A stretch of DNA of 62,810 bases from Steroidobacteraceae bacterium (GTDB taxonomy: Bacteria; Pseudomonadota; Gammaproteobacteria; Steroidobacterales; Steroidobacteraceae), in NCBI GenBank assembly GCA_035566495.1, contig DATMRG010000012.1, positions 1 through 62,810 on the forward strand, read 5' to 3'. Position 1 is the stretch's first letter. Every line of letters begins with the position of its first letter. The notes below the pieces were generated by a model that saw only the letters and a list, made by a program, of their open reading frames with translations, did not search any database and had not been told where the DNA came from. This document shows, piece by piece, positions 53,364 through 62,621 of the stretch. Both the position numbers and the translations under genes were made by a program.

Positions 53364-54644
53364 ATGTCCAGCGCCGAGCCCACCGACCCGCAGCGCCCAC
53401 CTCCATCGGTGTTCCTGAGCTATGCCTCCGAGGATCGCCCGGCCGCGCAGACCCTCAGGGACGCTCTGCAGACCTATGGACTCGAGGTCTGGTACGACGA
53501 GAGCGGACTCGACGGAGGCGACGTGTGGGACCAGAAGATCCGCAGGCAGATACGCGAGTGCGATTTTTTCATGCCGGTCATATCCGCGCAAACCGACGCG
53601 CGGCCCGAGGGCTACTTTCGCCGCGAGTGGCGCCTGGCGGTCGAGCGGACCCAGGACATGGCGGACGATCACGCCTTTCTGCTGCCGGTGGTCGTCGACG
53701 ACACGCAGCAGGCGCGGGCCCGCGTGCCGGAGAAGTTCCTGGCCGTGCAGTGGACGCGCGCGCCGGGCGGACAGGCCACGCCGGCGCTCGAAGCGCTCAG
53801 CCGGCGGCTGCTCTCGGGCCAGGCGGCCGGGGCGGCGCTCAACAAGGGGCCGGCGGAGCGCCCCGCACGTCCCGCCCGCCGCGAGGGGCCGCCACGTCCC
53901 TATCCCGAATTCCCGCGCGAGGAGCCCGGACAGCGCATCCGCTTCTGGGCGCACGTCGCCGGCTGGCTGCTGCAGGCGGCCTGGATATCCTTCCGGCGGC
54001 TGCCGCGCTGGATCAGGCTGATCGTCTGGATCTGGCTCGCCATCGCCATCATGGCGAAAGCCTGCACGCCCTGGGGCCGGGACAGCGACGAGCCGCCCGC
54101 CACGCCGAAGATACCGGGAGCCAAGACGCTCTCGCCGGCGGATGCCAGCAAGCTCCGCGACATTGCCGACAGCTACCAGGGCAGCTCGAACAAATCCGAC
54201 GTCGGCAAGCTCGGCGTCGAGATCGCACAGACGTTCGCCAGCGAGATGGGCAAGCAGATCGCGGCCGCGGAAACCCCGCTGCTGGCGATTCCCTTCGGCG
54301 CGCCGGCCGGTGATCCGGCCGCTCAGAAGCTCGCCGATTCCACCTTCGCGCAGGTCTACGGACGCCTCGCCATTTCCCACCATGGGCACGTCGGCCTCGT
54401 GGACGAGCCGCTCGCCTCGTTCGACGGCGTCGCGGTGCGCGCCCGCGGCCGCGAGCACCAGGCGAAGTACGTTCTCTATGGCGCCGTCGACCCGCGCTCG
54501 CCGACGCAGAGCCTCACCGTGAAGCTGTTAGCGGTGAAGGACGGCGCCGTGCTCTGGTCCGAATCCTATCCGCTGTCGGGCGCCGACCCGGCCGGAATCG
54601 CGGCGCAGGTCGATGCCAAGGTGCCCGCGGCGGAGGATGACTGA
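53364..54644 (+). CDS. TIR-domain protein: N-terminal cytoplasmic TIR, membrane segment, C-terminal extracytoplasmic domain (426 aa)
   Basis: [62 protein letters not shown]...[13 protein letters not shown]...FLLPVVVDD is a TIR_2-like pattern. The hydrophobic segment is [24 protein letters not shown]. The C-terminal block is [30 protein letters not shown]... ATG 53364 is preferred over TTG 53325. Confidence 0.8.
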   Translation: MSSAEPTDPQRPPPSVFLSYASEDRPAAQTLRDALQTYGLEVWYDESGLDGGDVWDQKIRRQIRECDFFMPVISAQTDARPEGYFRREWRLAVERTQDMADDHAFLLPVVVDDTQQARARVPEKFLAVQWTRAPGGQATPALEALSRRLLSGQAAGAALNKGPAERPARPARREGPPRPYPEFPREEPGQRIRFWAHVAGWLLQAAWISFRRLPRWIRLIVWIWLAIAIMAKACTPWGRDSDEPPATPKIPGAKTLSPADASKLRDIADSYQGSSNKSDVGKLGVEIAQTFASEMGKQIAAAETPLLAIPFGAPAGDPAAQKLADSTFAQVYGRLAISHHGHVGLVDEPLASFDGVAVRARGREHQAKYVLYGAVDPRSPTQSLTVKLLAVKDGAVLWSESYPLSGADPAGIAAQVDAKVPAAEDD

Positions 54645-54668
54645 TCGATCAGTTCGGCGGGTGCCGTC

Positions 54669-55445
54669 CTACCAGATGCCGCCGAGCGCCACGGTGACCG
54701 CTTCGCCGTTGACGCCGCCCGCGGCCTCGCTGCACAGGAACGCGATCACCTCGGCGACCTCGCGCGGCTCGAGCACCCGGTTCTGCGGATAGATCGCGGC
54801 GCGCTCGCGCCACACCTGCTCGACGCTGACCGCGCGGCGCTCGGCCTCGGTCCTGGCCGAGCGCTCCGCCATCGCCGTGCGCACCCAACCCGGGAGCACC
54901 GCGTTCGATGTGACGCCGAACGGCCCCGCGTCCTGGGCAATGGCGCGTGCGAGTCCGATCAGCCCGTGCTTGGAGGCGCTGTAGGCGCTGCCCGAGCGCT
55001 CGGCCTTCTCGCCGGCGGTGGAGCTCGTGAACACCACCCGGCCGAAACCGCGCTTGCTCATCCCGCCCACCGTGAGCCGCGCCAGCTCGAAGGGACCGTC
55101 GAGGTTGATGCGCATCGTCTCGCGCCAGACTTCCGGGTCCTGTTCCCACACGAGCCGCTCGTGCGCCGAGCCGATGCCGTGGTTCACGACCAGGAGATCG
55201 ATCGGACCGAGACGCCGCTCGGTCTCGGCCACCGCCAACGCACAGCCCGCGGCAGTGCCGAGATCGGCCGCGACGTACTCGAGGCCGACGGCCGCGAGCT
55301 CGGCGATGGAGCGCGCCACGATCATCACGCGGGCGCCCGCCGCGGCGAGCAGCAGTGCCGCCTCGCGCCCGATGCCCCGGCCGCCGCCGGTCACGAGCGC
55401 CACACGTCCCTTCATTGCCGCCTCCTGATTTAATGATCGCGGCAT
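54669..55445 (-). CDS. SDR-family oxidoreductase (alternative start ATG 55415)
   Basis: KGRVALVTGGGRGIGREAAL, NHGIG, and SSTAGEKAERSGSAYSASKHGLIGL. Confidence 0.88.
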   Translation of the reverse strand: MPRSLNQEAAMKGRVALVTGGGRGIGREAALLLAAAGARVMIVARSIAELAAVGLEYVAADLGTAAGCALAVAETERRLGPIDLLVVNHGIGSAHERLVWEQDPEVWRETMRINLDGPFELARLTVGGMSKRGFGRVVFTSSTAGEKAERSGSAYSASKHGLIGLARAIAQDAGPFGVTSNAVLPGWVRTAMAERSARTEAERRAVSVEQVWRERAAIYPQNRVLEPREVAEVIAFLCSEAAGGVNGEAVTVALGGIW

Positions 55446-55497
55446 CGTCCCACGCTAAACTCGCGCGCACAAATCATTCCAACAATCAGAGCAGCCC

Positions 55498-58400
55498 ATG
55501 CGCACGAGGACACTACGCCACTGGCTCATCGCGACCGCCGCGCTCTCGGGTCTGGCGGCCGGCGCCGTCCTGGCGGCCGAGGCCGACGCCGACAAGCAGG
55601 GAGATTTCAAATTCCGCTTCGTCGGCCCGCATGTCGGGAACCGCATCGCCGCGGCCGCCGGAGTACCCGGCGACGCGTCGGTGTACTACGCCGGCGCGGC
55701 CTCCGGCGGGGTGTGGAAATCGACCGACGGCGGCAACCGCTGGGCGCCGATCTTCGACAAGCAGAACGCCGCGGCCATCGGCGCGCTCGCCGTCGCCCCC
55801 TCGGAACCCGGCACGGTGTGGGCGGGTACCGGCGAAGCCTGGGTGATCCGCGACAGCGACGTCATGGGCAACGGTATCTACAAGTCCACCGACGCCGGCC
55901 GCACCTGGACCAACATGGGACTGCCGGAGTCCGGGCGCATCGGCCGCATCATCGTGCATCCTGCGAATCCCGACGTCGTGTACGCCTGCGTGCTCGGCCG
56001 CGTCACCGGGCCGCAGCAGGAGCGCGGCGTCTACCGCACCACCGACGGCGGCCAGCACTGGCAACGGCTGTTGTTCGCGGGCGAGAAGGTCGGCTGCTCG
56101 GGCCTGTCGCTCGATGCGCACGACCCGCACACCCTCATCGCCGGCATGTGGCAGGTGGAGATGCACACCTGGGGCGAATACAGCGGCGGCCCGGGCAGCG
56201 GTCTGTACCTCTCGCACGATGGCGGCACGACCTGGAAGCGTCTCGAGAAGCACGGCCTGCCGGATGCGCCGCTCGGCAAGATCGACGTGGCGATCGCCCC
56301 GGGCAACTCGCAGCGCATCTATGCGCTGATCCAGACCGCCGACAAGGGTTCGGTGTGGAGATCCGACGATGCCGGCAAGGAATGGAAGCTGGTCAATTCC
56401 CAGCGCGCGCTGATCGGGCGCGCCGGATACTACATCCGTCTCGCGGTATCGCCGGCGGCCGACAGCGAGGTAGTGGTCGCGAACAGCTCCTTCCATCAGT
56501 CACTCGACTCGGGCGAGAGCTTTCACGAGGTCCGCTGGGGCGGGGACACGCACGACATCTGGATCGACCCGCTGAACCCCGACCGCTTCGTCATCACCGA
56601 CGACGGTGGGATGATCATCACCACGGTGCATGGCCGCGGTTTCCACCGCGTCACGCTGCCGATCGGCCAGATGTACCACGTGGCGGTCGACGCGCAGGTG
56701 CCCTACTTCTTCTATAGCAACATGCAGGACGACGGCAACATGCGCGGTCCGAGCGTGCCGCTCGGCGGCGAGGAAGGCTGGGACCGTCACATGGGCGGCT
56801 GCGAATCCGGCTTCACCGTGCCCGATCCCGCCGATCCGAACGTGGTATGGGCGACCTGCTACGGCGACACGGTGACGCGCTGGGACGCGCGCTATCGCGA
56901 GGCACATTCGGTGAGCCCCTGGAAGCACACCCTCGACTCGCCTCCCAACGCCATCAAGTACCGCTGCCACTGGACCCCGCCGCTCGCGATCGATCCGTTC
57001 GACCACAACACCGTCTACTACGGCTGCCAGGTGATCTTCAGAACCACGGACGCCGGTCACAGCTGGGCGGTGGTGAGCCCGGATCTTTCCACCCAGGATC
57101 CGGCGCACATCGCGCCCTCAGGCGGCATCGTCGGCGACAACCTCGGCCAGTTCTACGGCGAGGTCGTGTTTGCGATCGCGCCTTCCAGGATTCAGAAGGG
57201 CCTGATCTGGGCCGGCACCAACGACGGCCAGATCTGGTACACCAGGGACGGCGCCGCGAACTGGGTGAACGTCACGAGCCACGTCGCGGGCCTGCCGCCC
57301 GGCGGCACGATCACCAGCATCGCGCCCTCGAGCTTCGACGCCGCGACCGCCTACGTCAGCGTCGATTTTCACCTGGTGGATAACCGCGATCCCTTCATAT
57401 TCAAGACCAGCGATTTCGGCAAGAGCTGGAAGCGCATCAGCGGCAATCTGCCGAAGCACCAGCTCGCCTACGTGCGCACGGTGACCGAAGACGCCAACTG
57501 CCAGGGGCTGCTGTTTGCCGGCACCGGCAACGGCCTCTACTACTCACTCGACGACGGCGGCCACTGGACGGCGCTGCAGAACGGCCTGCCGCCCGCGCCG
57601 GTCACCTGGGCGGTGGTGCAGAAGGAATTCCACGACCTGGTGGTGTCGACCTACGGCCGCGGACTCTACATTCTCGACGACATCTCCCCGCTCGAGCAGA
57701 TGGCGCGGCACCGCTCCGACGCCGCCGCGGTGCTGTTCGAGCCGCGCAAGGCCTACCGCTTCGTGCAGGGCGGCGCGGCGCTGCTCAACTTCTCCCTCGC
57801 CACGGTTCCCAAGGAACCCGTGCAGCTCGAGATCACCGACGCCGAGGGTCAGCGCGTGCGCAAGCTCGATGCCAAGGAGCTCATCGCCGGCATCAACCGC
57901 GTGAGCTGGGATCTGCGTTATGACTCCCCGCGAGTCGTGGCGCTGCGCACGGTGGCACCCGACAATTCGCGCATCTGGCAGGAGCCACGCTTCCGCGACG
58001 AGGACTCGCGGCCCATCACGCACTGGGGCAGCAAGCCTGCCGAGGTCGGACCGATCGCCGCCCCGGGCAGCTACTCGGTACATCTCAAGGCCGGCGGGCA
58101 GTCCCTGACTCAGCCGCTCACGGTGGTGGCCGATCCGCGCGCGCCGGGCTCGGCGGCGGACATCCAGCTCTCGGTCAAGACGCTGCTCAGAATCCGCGAC
58201 GACATCAGTCACGTCTCCGACTCCGTCAATCAGGTGGAATGGCTGCGCAAACAGCTCGAGGTCGTCGAGGCGATGCTGCGGCCCGCGAGGGCGCATGGAA
58301 AGCATGAGGCGGTGCTCGCCGAGGAAGATGACGAGCCGGACGAGGAGCCCGCGCAGGCGCCGGGCCGCGAGCTGCACGCCAGCGAGGAGCAGCAGCGCCG

Positions 58401-58740
58401 CGAGCTGCTCAAGGCAGCCGAGGGACTCGACCAGAAGCTGCAGTCGACCGAGTCGCGTCTGGTCTCGCGTGCGCTGCGCGATAGCGACGACAAATACTTC
58501 GTCGAGGCCGACGGCACCTATCTCGATCTCATCTGGCTCAACGCGGAGGTCGGGACTGGTGGCGGCGACGTCGCCGGGGGTGCCGATTTCGCGCCCACGC
58601 TAGCCCAGCTCGACAACCTCACGACCCTAGAGGGGGAGATCGCGGCAGCCGACACGGAGCTCAAGGAGATCCTCGAGCGCGATCTGCCGGCGCTCGATCA
58701 GTCACTCGAGCGCGCGAGCTTCGCCCCCGTGGCCCGCTGA
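55498..58740 (+). CDS. Large exported BNR/Asp-box repeat protein (sortilin/VPS10-like, GH74-like double beta-propeller), 1080 aa
   Basis: Signal peptide MRTRTLRHWLIATAALSGLAAGAVLAAEA. At least 9 Asp-boxes: STDGGNRW, STDAGRTW, TTDGGQHW, SHDGGTTW, SDDAGKEW, TTDAGHSW, TRDGAANW, TSDFGKSW and SLDDGGHW. Confidence 0.85.
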   Translation: MRTRTLRHWLIATAALSGLAAGAVLAAEADADKQGDFKFRFVGPHVGNRIAAAAGVPGDASVYYAGAASGGVWKSTDGGNRWAPIFDKQNAAAIGALAVAPSEPGTVWAGTGEAWVIRDSDVMGNGIYKSTDAGRTWTNMGLPESGRIGRIIVHPANPDVVYACVLGRVTGPQQERGVYRTTDGGQHWQRLLFAGEKVGCSGLSLDAHDPHTLIAGMWQVEMHTWGEYSGGPGSGLYLSHDGGTTWKRLEKHGLPDAPLGKIDVAIAPGNSQRIYALIQTADKGSVWRSDDAGKEWKLVNSQRALIGRAGYYIRLAVSPAADSEVVVANSSFHQSLDSGESFHEVRWGGDTHDIWIDPLNPDRFVITDDGGMIITTVHGRGFHRVTLPIGQMYHVAVDAQVPYFFYSNMQDDGNMRGPSVPLGGEEGWDRHMGGCESGFTVPDPADPNVVWATCYGDTVTRWDARYREAHSVSPWKHTLDSPPNAIKYRCHWTPPLAIDPFDHNTVYYGCQVIFRTTDAGHSWAVVSPDLSTQDPAHIAPSGGIVGDNLGQFYGEVVFAIAPSRIQKGLIWAGTNDGQIWYTRDGAANWVNVTSHVAGLPPGGTITSIAPSSFDAATAYVSVDFHLVDNRDPFIFKTSDFGKSWKRISGNLPKHQLAYVRTVTEDANCQGLLFAGTGNGLYYSLDDGGHWTALQNGLPPAPVTWAVVQKEFHDLVVSTYGRGLYILDDISPLEQMARHRSDAAAVLFEPRKAYRFVQGGAALLNFSLATVPKEPVQLEITDAEGQRVRKLDAKELIAGINRVSWDLRYDSPRVVALRTVAPDNSRIWQEPRFRDEDSRPITHWGSKPAEVGPIAAPGSYSVHLKAGGQSLTQPLTVVADPRAPGSAADIQLSVKTLLRIRDDISHVSDSVNQVEWLRKQLEVVEAMLRPARAHGKHEAVLAEEDDEPDEEPAQAPGRELHASEEQQRRELLKAAEGLDQKLQSTESRLVSRALRDSDDKYFVEADGTYLDLIWLNAEVGTGGGDVAGGADFAPTLAQLDNLTTLEGEIAAADTELKEILERDLPALDQSLERASFAPVAR

Positions 58741-58752
58741 GGGGAATCGCCG

Positions 58753-59361
58753 ATGCGCGCGAGGTTCCGGCGGCGGCGTGAGCTCGCCCGGGCTCTGTGC
58801 GTGCTCGCGGCTCTGTGCGCGTTGCCGCGCACGACGCCCGCCGACGACACGAAGCCACTCACCGCAATCCTCATCAAGGCGACGGCCGGGCTGTCGGATC
58901 CCTTCTTCGCCGACTCGGTGGTGCTGGTGATGAACAATCTCGGCCCGGCTCCAGTCGGCATCGTCATCAACAGACCGACACCGCTCCCGGTCGCGCGTCT
59001 CTTTCCGGATCTCAAGCGCCTCGCCGAGGTGCCCGACCACGTGTATTTCGGCGGACCGGTCGAGTTCGAATCGGTCTGGTTCCTGGTTCGCGCCGCCAAG
59101 ACCCCCGAGCACGCGGTGCAGGCCTGCGCGGGCGTTTATCTGAGCGCCAGCCGCGAGTTGCTGCTGCGGCTGCTCGGGCGCGACAAGCCGATGGAGGGCC
59201 TGCGCATCTTCATGGGCCACGCGGGCTGGGGGCCCGGTCAGCTCGAGGCCGAGATCGCGCGTGGCGACTGGCGGCTGGCGCGCGCCGAGCCGGCGGCGAT
59301 CTTCGGCAACAAGTCCGAGCATCCCTGGCCCGCGCCGCAGGCTCCGAGCGACGGAACCTGA
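58753..59361 (+). CDS. YqgE/AlgH-family (UPF0301) protein with an atypical signal-peptide-like N-terminus
   Basis: LIKATAGLSDPFFADSVVLVMNNLGPAPVGIVINRPT...VYFGGPVE...RIFMGHAGWGPGQLEAEIARGDW. The N-terminus is MRARFRRRRELARALCVLAALCALPRTTPA. Confidence 0.8.
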   Translation: MRARFRRRRELARALCVLAALCALPRTTPADDTKPLTAILIKATAGLSDPFFADSVVLVMNNLGPAPVGIVINRPTPLPVARLFPDLKRLAEVPDHVYFGGPVEFESVWFLVRAAKTPEHAVQACAGVYLSASRELLLRLLGRDKPMEGLRIFMGHAGWGPGQLEAEIARGDWRLARAEPAAIFGNKSEHPWPAPQAPSDGT

Positions 59362-59363
59362 GC

Positions 59364-60602
59364 TCAGCCGGCCGCGACCGCCGGCTGCGGAGCGCGCGCC
59401 CGCAAGCTCCGATCGAAGAGATAGAGGCCGCCGATCAGCAGCGCCATCGGCACGAGTCCGAGGGTGAAGGCCGTGCGGCCATCGGTGGCGGCAAAGATAC
59501 GACCGGTGATGAAAGAGCCGGAGGTACCGCCGAGCGCGGAGAACACCACGATCAGTCCGGTCATCGGCGCGTGCTTCTCGAGCGGCAGCGCGCACAACAT
59601 CGTCGAGCAGATGGTCGGATAGATGGGCGCGAGGAACAGGCCGATGACCGCCGGCAGGTAAGCGGCGAGCGGCAGGCTGGCCCAGTCGGTCGCCCCGGCT
59701 CCGCTCGCGCGTACCGAGAGCAGCAGCGCGCACGCCGCGGCGATCAGGCAACCGATCAGGAGATTCCGCCAGTAGATGTGGCGCAGAGCGATGCTCGCGG
59801 TCAGTCGCCCGAGCGCGAGCGCCCCGGAATACAGGCTCGCCAGCTGCACGCTCAGCGTCACCGGCAGCTGCAGCTCCTCGCGGTTGAAGGTCGGCAGCCA
59901 GGTCTGAACCTCCTGCTCGATCAGCACGTAGAGGAACGCGGCGACGACAAACACCAGCACCTCGCGGTGCCGCAACAGGTTCAGCATGCCCGGAATCGGC
60001 GACTCGCCCGCGGGCTCGGCCGCGCGCACCGCCGACTCGTCGAGCTTCGCGAAGGCCACGAGCAGCGCGGCCGCCGCAGCGATCGCGGCAAACAGCCAGT
60101 AGACGTGCAGCCAGACGGGATCGGCCGGGGAGTTGCGGTTGATGAAGATGCTGAATACCCACGAGGTCGACAGTACGCCGACCATGAACAGGCCCTCGAG
60201 CAGGCTGGTAAGGCTCGCGTGCCGCCTGGCCGACGACGTCAGGAGCCCGATCGAGGAATACACCGACACCTTGACGAGCGCGAAGCCGACGCCGACCGCC
60301 ACGAACATGAGCCGGGTCGTGACGAATCCCGGCAACAGCGGCATCGCCGTGCAGGCGAGTGCCACGAACCCGAGCCCCAGCACCATCGCACGGCGGTAGC
60401 CGAGGCGCGGGATGTAAGCCGCGGCCGCGAGCGAAGTGATCGCGATCGGCAGGTCCTTGCAGGCATCGAGGGTCGAAGTCGCGATCTTGTCGACGCCGAA
60501 GGTCAGCATCGACTGCAGGATGACCGGCGCCACGCTGTTGAGCAGCATCGCGAACACGAAGTAGGTGGCCGCGAGCGCGACGATCATGACTGTTCGGTTC
60601 AT
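59364..60602 (-). CDS. MFS transporter (412 aa)
   Basis: 12 hydrophobic helices in a 6+6 arrangement with a central loop (KLDESAVRAAEPAGESP). ATGA overlap with the upstream gene stop. Confidence 0.8.
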   Translation of the reverse strand: MNRTVMIVALAATYFVFAMLLNSVAPVILQSMLTFGVDKIATSTLDACKDLPIAITSLAAAAYIPRLGYRRAMVLGLGFVALACTAMPLLPGFVTTRLMFVAVGVGFALVKVSVYSSIGLLTSSARRHASLTSLLEGLFMVGVLSTSWVFSIFINRNSPADPVWLHVYWLFAAIAAAAALLVAFAKLDESAVRAAEPAGESPIPGMLNLLRHREVLVFVVAAFLYVLIEQEVQTWLPTFNREELQLPVTLSVQLASLYSGALALGRLTASIALRHIYWRNLLIGCLIAAACALLLSVRASGAGATDWASLPLAAYLPAVIGLFLAPIYPTICSTMLCALPLEKHAPMTGLIVVFSALGGTSGSFITGRIFAATDGRTAFTLGLVPMALLIGGLYLFDRSLRARAPQPAVAAG

Positions 60603-61417
60603 ACGGACACCCGGCGCGCCGCTTTACCACTCGCCAGCCACGGAACGCGGCGGTAGGTGTCCGCCACCAGCCACGCGCCACTGGCGATCGCCGCCGAGAT
60701 CAGGAACTCGGCCCAGATTCCCTGATCCCCTGGTAACGGCACGACCCGCGGCACCCAGACGAGCAGCGTGAACAGCCAGAGCATCGCCGACTCGAGATTC
60801 GCGGCCAGGCGCGGGGCGATGCCGAACAGCATGCCCGCCGCGGCCGCGAGGCTCGCGGCGCCGGTCAGATAGGTCCAGCCGAGAGAAAAGCCGAGCCATT
60901 TCGGCACCAGGCTCGCCGTCAGATCGTGATACGCGAAGTGCGCGAGGCCGAACATGGGCAACGCCGCGATGAAGAGGAGCCGCGCCACGCGCACGCCGCT
61001 CTCGCCGACGGCGAACCGGAGATGACGCCGCTCCCAGGCGCCCGCGTGGGCGGCGAACAGACACCAGCCGCCGGCCGCGGTGGCGGCGATCTCGCCGAAC
61101 GACTCCCAGCTCGCCATCACTCGGGGTGCGTGAATGACGGCCGGCAGTTTGAGCAGGGTCAGCCACAGCAGCAGGAACACGAGGAGCACCCGGCAGGCGG
61201 AGGTCGTGTACTCGCGCAGAAGCAGGCCGATTCCGCTGCCGAGCTCGATCGCGGAGCAGAGGTAGATGATCGCGGCCCGCCCGGGGAGGCTCCGCGGGAT
61301 CGGTGCCCAGAGCTCGGAGGAATTCCCGTAGATCAGGCCGAGGATCCCGAGTCCGAGCAACGCTGCCGCAAAGACCGCACGGCTCGGGCTGATGGGGATT
61401 CCCATAGGTGTTGCCAC
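60599..61417 (-). CDS. Hypothetical polytopic membrane protein (GTG 61417 or ATG 61405)
   Basis: About 8 hydrophobic helices (AVFAAALLGLGILGLIY, AAIIYLCSAIELGSGIGLLL, VLLVFLLLWLTLLKL...). Family not recognised (possibly DoxX-like). Translationally coupled to the MFS gene. Confidence 0.6.
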   Translation of the reverse strand: MATPMGIPISPSRAVFAAALLGLGILGLIYGNSSELWAPIPRSLPGRAAIIYLCSAIELGSGIGLLLREYTTSACRVLLVFLLLWLTLLKLPAVIHAPRVMASWESFGEIAATAAGGWCLFAAHAGAWERRHLRFAVGESGVRVARLLFIAALPMFGLAHFAYHDLTASLVPKWLGFSLGWTYLTGAASLAAAAGMLFGIAPRLAANLESAMLWLFTLLVWVPRVVPLPGDQGIWAEFLISAAIASGAWLVADTYRRVPWLASGKAARRVSV

Positions 61418-61551
61418 TCATTCTATACCTGAGTCATTCTCGCGACTTGACCAACGAACCGGGTGGGGGTGAAAGCCCGCACGCTCTTCGAGGCCGACAA
61501 TCCCGACACCTTCACCGCGATGTACAAATTCTGGATTCAGCGCGGCACGGG

Positions 61552-62619
61552 TTAGTGCCGCGGCGGATATTCCTTCCAGGCGCCGGTTCTCTGATTCAGG
61601 ATCCCGAAGGACCCGTCCGCGCGCGCCACGAGCTTGATCCAGAAAGCCGTGCCCTCGTCCGGGTTGGCGATGGTCGGCGGAGCGAAATTGGCGTCGCCCG
61701 CATCGGCTGACCAGTGCAGCTGCCAGACGTCCTCGAGACCCGCCACCTGGTGCAGCGCCTGATAAGTCGTGCGTGCGCCGCCCTTCTTCAAGCCGTTGTT
61801 CATGATCGCGACACGCGGCCTGAAGGCCATGAAGGTCGCAGGATCGGCGACATCCGCGCCGCCGTGGTGTGCGACCAGATAGGCATCGACCGGACCGATC
61901 AGACTCTTTGGGCAGGCAAGATCGAAGAGCGGCTGACCGCTCAGATCGCCCACGTCGAGAAAGCGGAACTTGCCGTAACGCAGCACCACCCCGGTCGAGC
62001 GTGGGTTCTCGTACGCGTCGCCTGGCGCGACCGCCCGCTGCTGACAGAGCGCGTTCGTCTCCCCGGCGCCGGGCAGAGGCTGCGTGAGCGTTGCGCCAGC
62101 GGAACTGACGATGATCGCCTCGACATCCGCGAGAGGCAGGCGCTCTCCGGGCCTGGGCTCCAGATGAGCTGCCGACGCGCCGCGCACCTTCACGTAGGCG
62201 GCAAATGCGTCTCCGGTCTCGGGGCTGCTTTTCACCGCATCCTGGCTCGGCGCGCCGTGATCGACGAAGGTCCGAATTGGCATGAGGCGCGCCAGCTCGG
62301 AGACACCGCCGTCGTGGTCGATATGAAAATGTGTGATGAGAAGGTAATCGATCCGGCTGACTCCGGCGTCGCGGGCGGCGGCCAGGATGCGGTTCGCATC
62401 CCGGGCCTGATGCGGGTCACCCGGGTGGAATCCGGACCCATCGCCCGCCCAGCCGGTATCTATCAACAGGGAATGCCGGTCCGGGGTGACGATGAGAGTC
62501 GACTGCCCGCCTTCGACGTCAATGAAATACATCGTGAGGTCTGGCTCGGTCGCACGCGCTCCGCAGCCCGCCGACGCCAGCAACACAAAGAGCAATGCAC
62601 GGCCAATCGAGCCTGACAT
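61552..62619 (-). CDS. Exported metallo-beta-lactamase-fold hydrolase
   Basis: ATG 62619 has SD GGGAGG 5 nt upstream (the track start GTG 62625 is also possible). Signal peptide MSGSIGRALLFVLLASAGCGARA. MBL motif YLLITHFHIDHDGG and a later VAHHGG. Confidence 0.85.
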   Translation of the reverse strand: MSGSIGRALLFVLLASAGCGARATEPDLTMYFIDVEGGQSTLIVTPDRHSLLIDTGWAGDGSGFHPGDPHQARDANRILAAARDAGVSRIDYLLITHFHIDHDGGVSELARLMPIRTFVDHGAPSQDAVKSSPETGDAFAAYVKVRGASAAHLEPRPGERLPLADVEAIIVSSAGATLTQPLPGAGETNALCQQRAVAPGDAYENPRSTGVVLRYGKFRFLDVGDLSGQPLFDLACPKSLIGPVDAYLVAHHGGADVADPATFMAFRPRVAIMNNGLKKGGARTTYQALHQVAGLEDVWQLHWSADAGDANFAPPTIANPDEGTAFWIKLVARADGSFGILNQRTGAWKEYPPRH

Positions 62620-62621
62620 GA

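Noticed and set aside
53358-54458. 366-aa minus-strand ORF and the plus-strand alternative frames 53336-54313 and 53422-54021 over the TIR gene.
   Set aside because: Only the 53364-54644 frame shows a TIR pattern, a TM segment and a structured C-domain. The other frames are Arg/Gly-rich.
53364-54644. Interpreting the TIR gene as part of a Thoeris, CBASS or Pycsar-type defence operon.
   Set aside because: No ThsA (SIR2/Macro-SLOG), cyclase, STING or other effector or sensor gene is adjacent. The neighbours are an ABC-2 exporter (divergent) and an SDR (convergent). I kept it as a stand-alone curiosity instead.
55513-60681. Long shadow ORFs over the BNR-repeat, AlgH and MFS genes (55513-56496, 57544-58377, 58702-60681, 58797-60656).
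   Set aside because: They are antisense or out of frame relative to genes with Asp-box repeats, AlgH blocks or 12-TM profiles.
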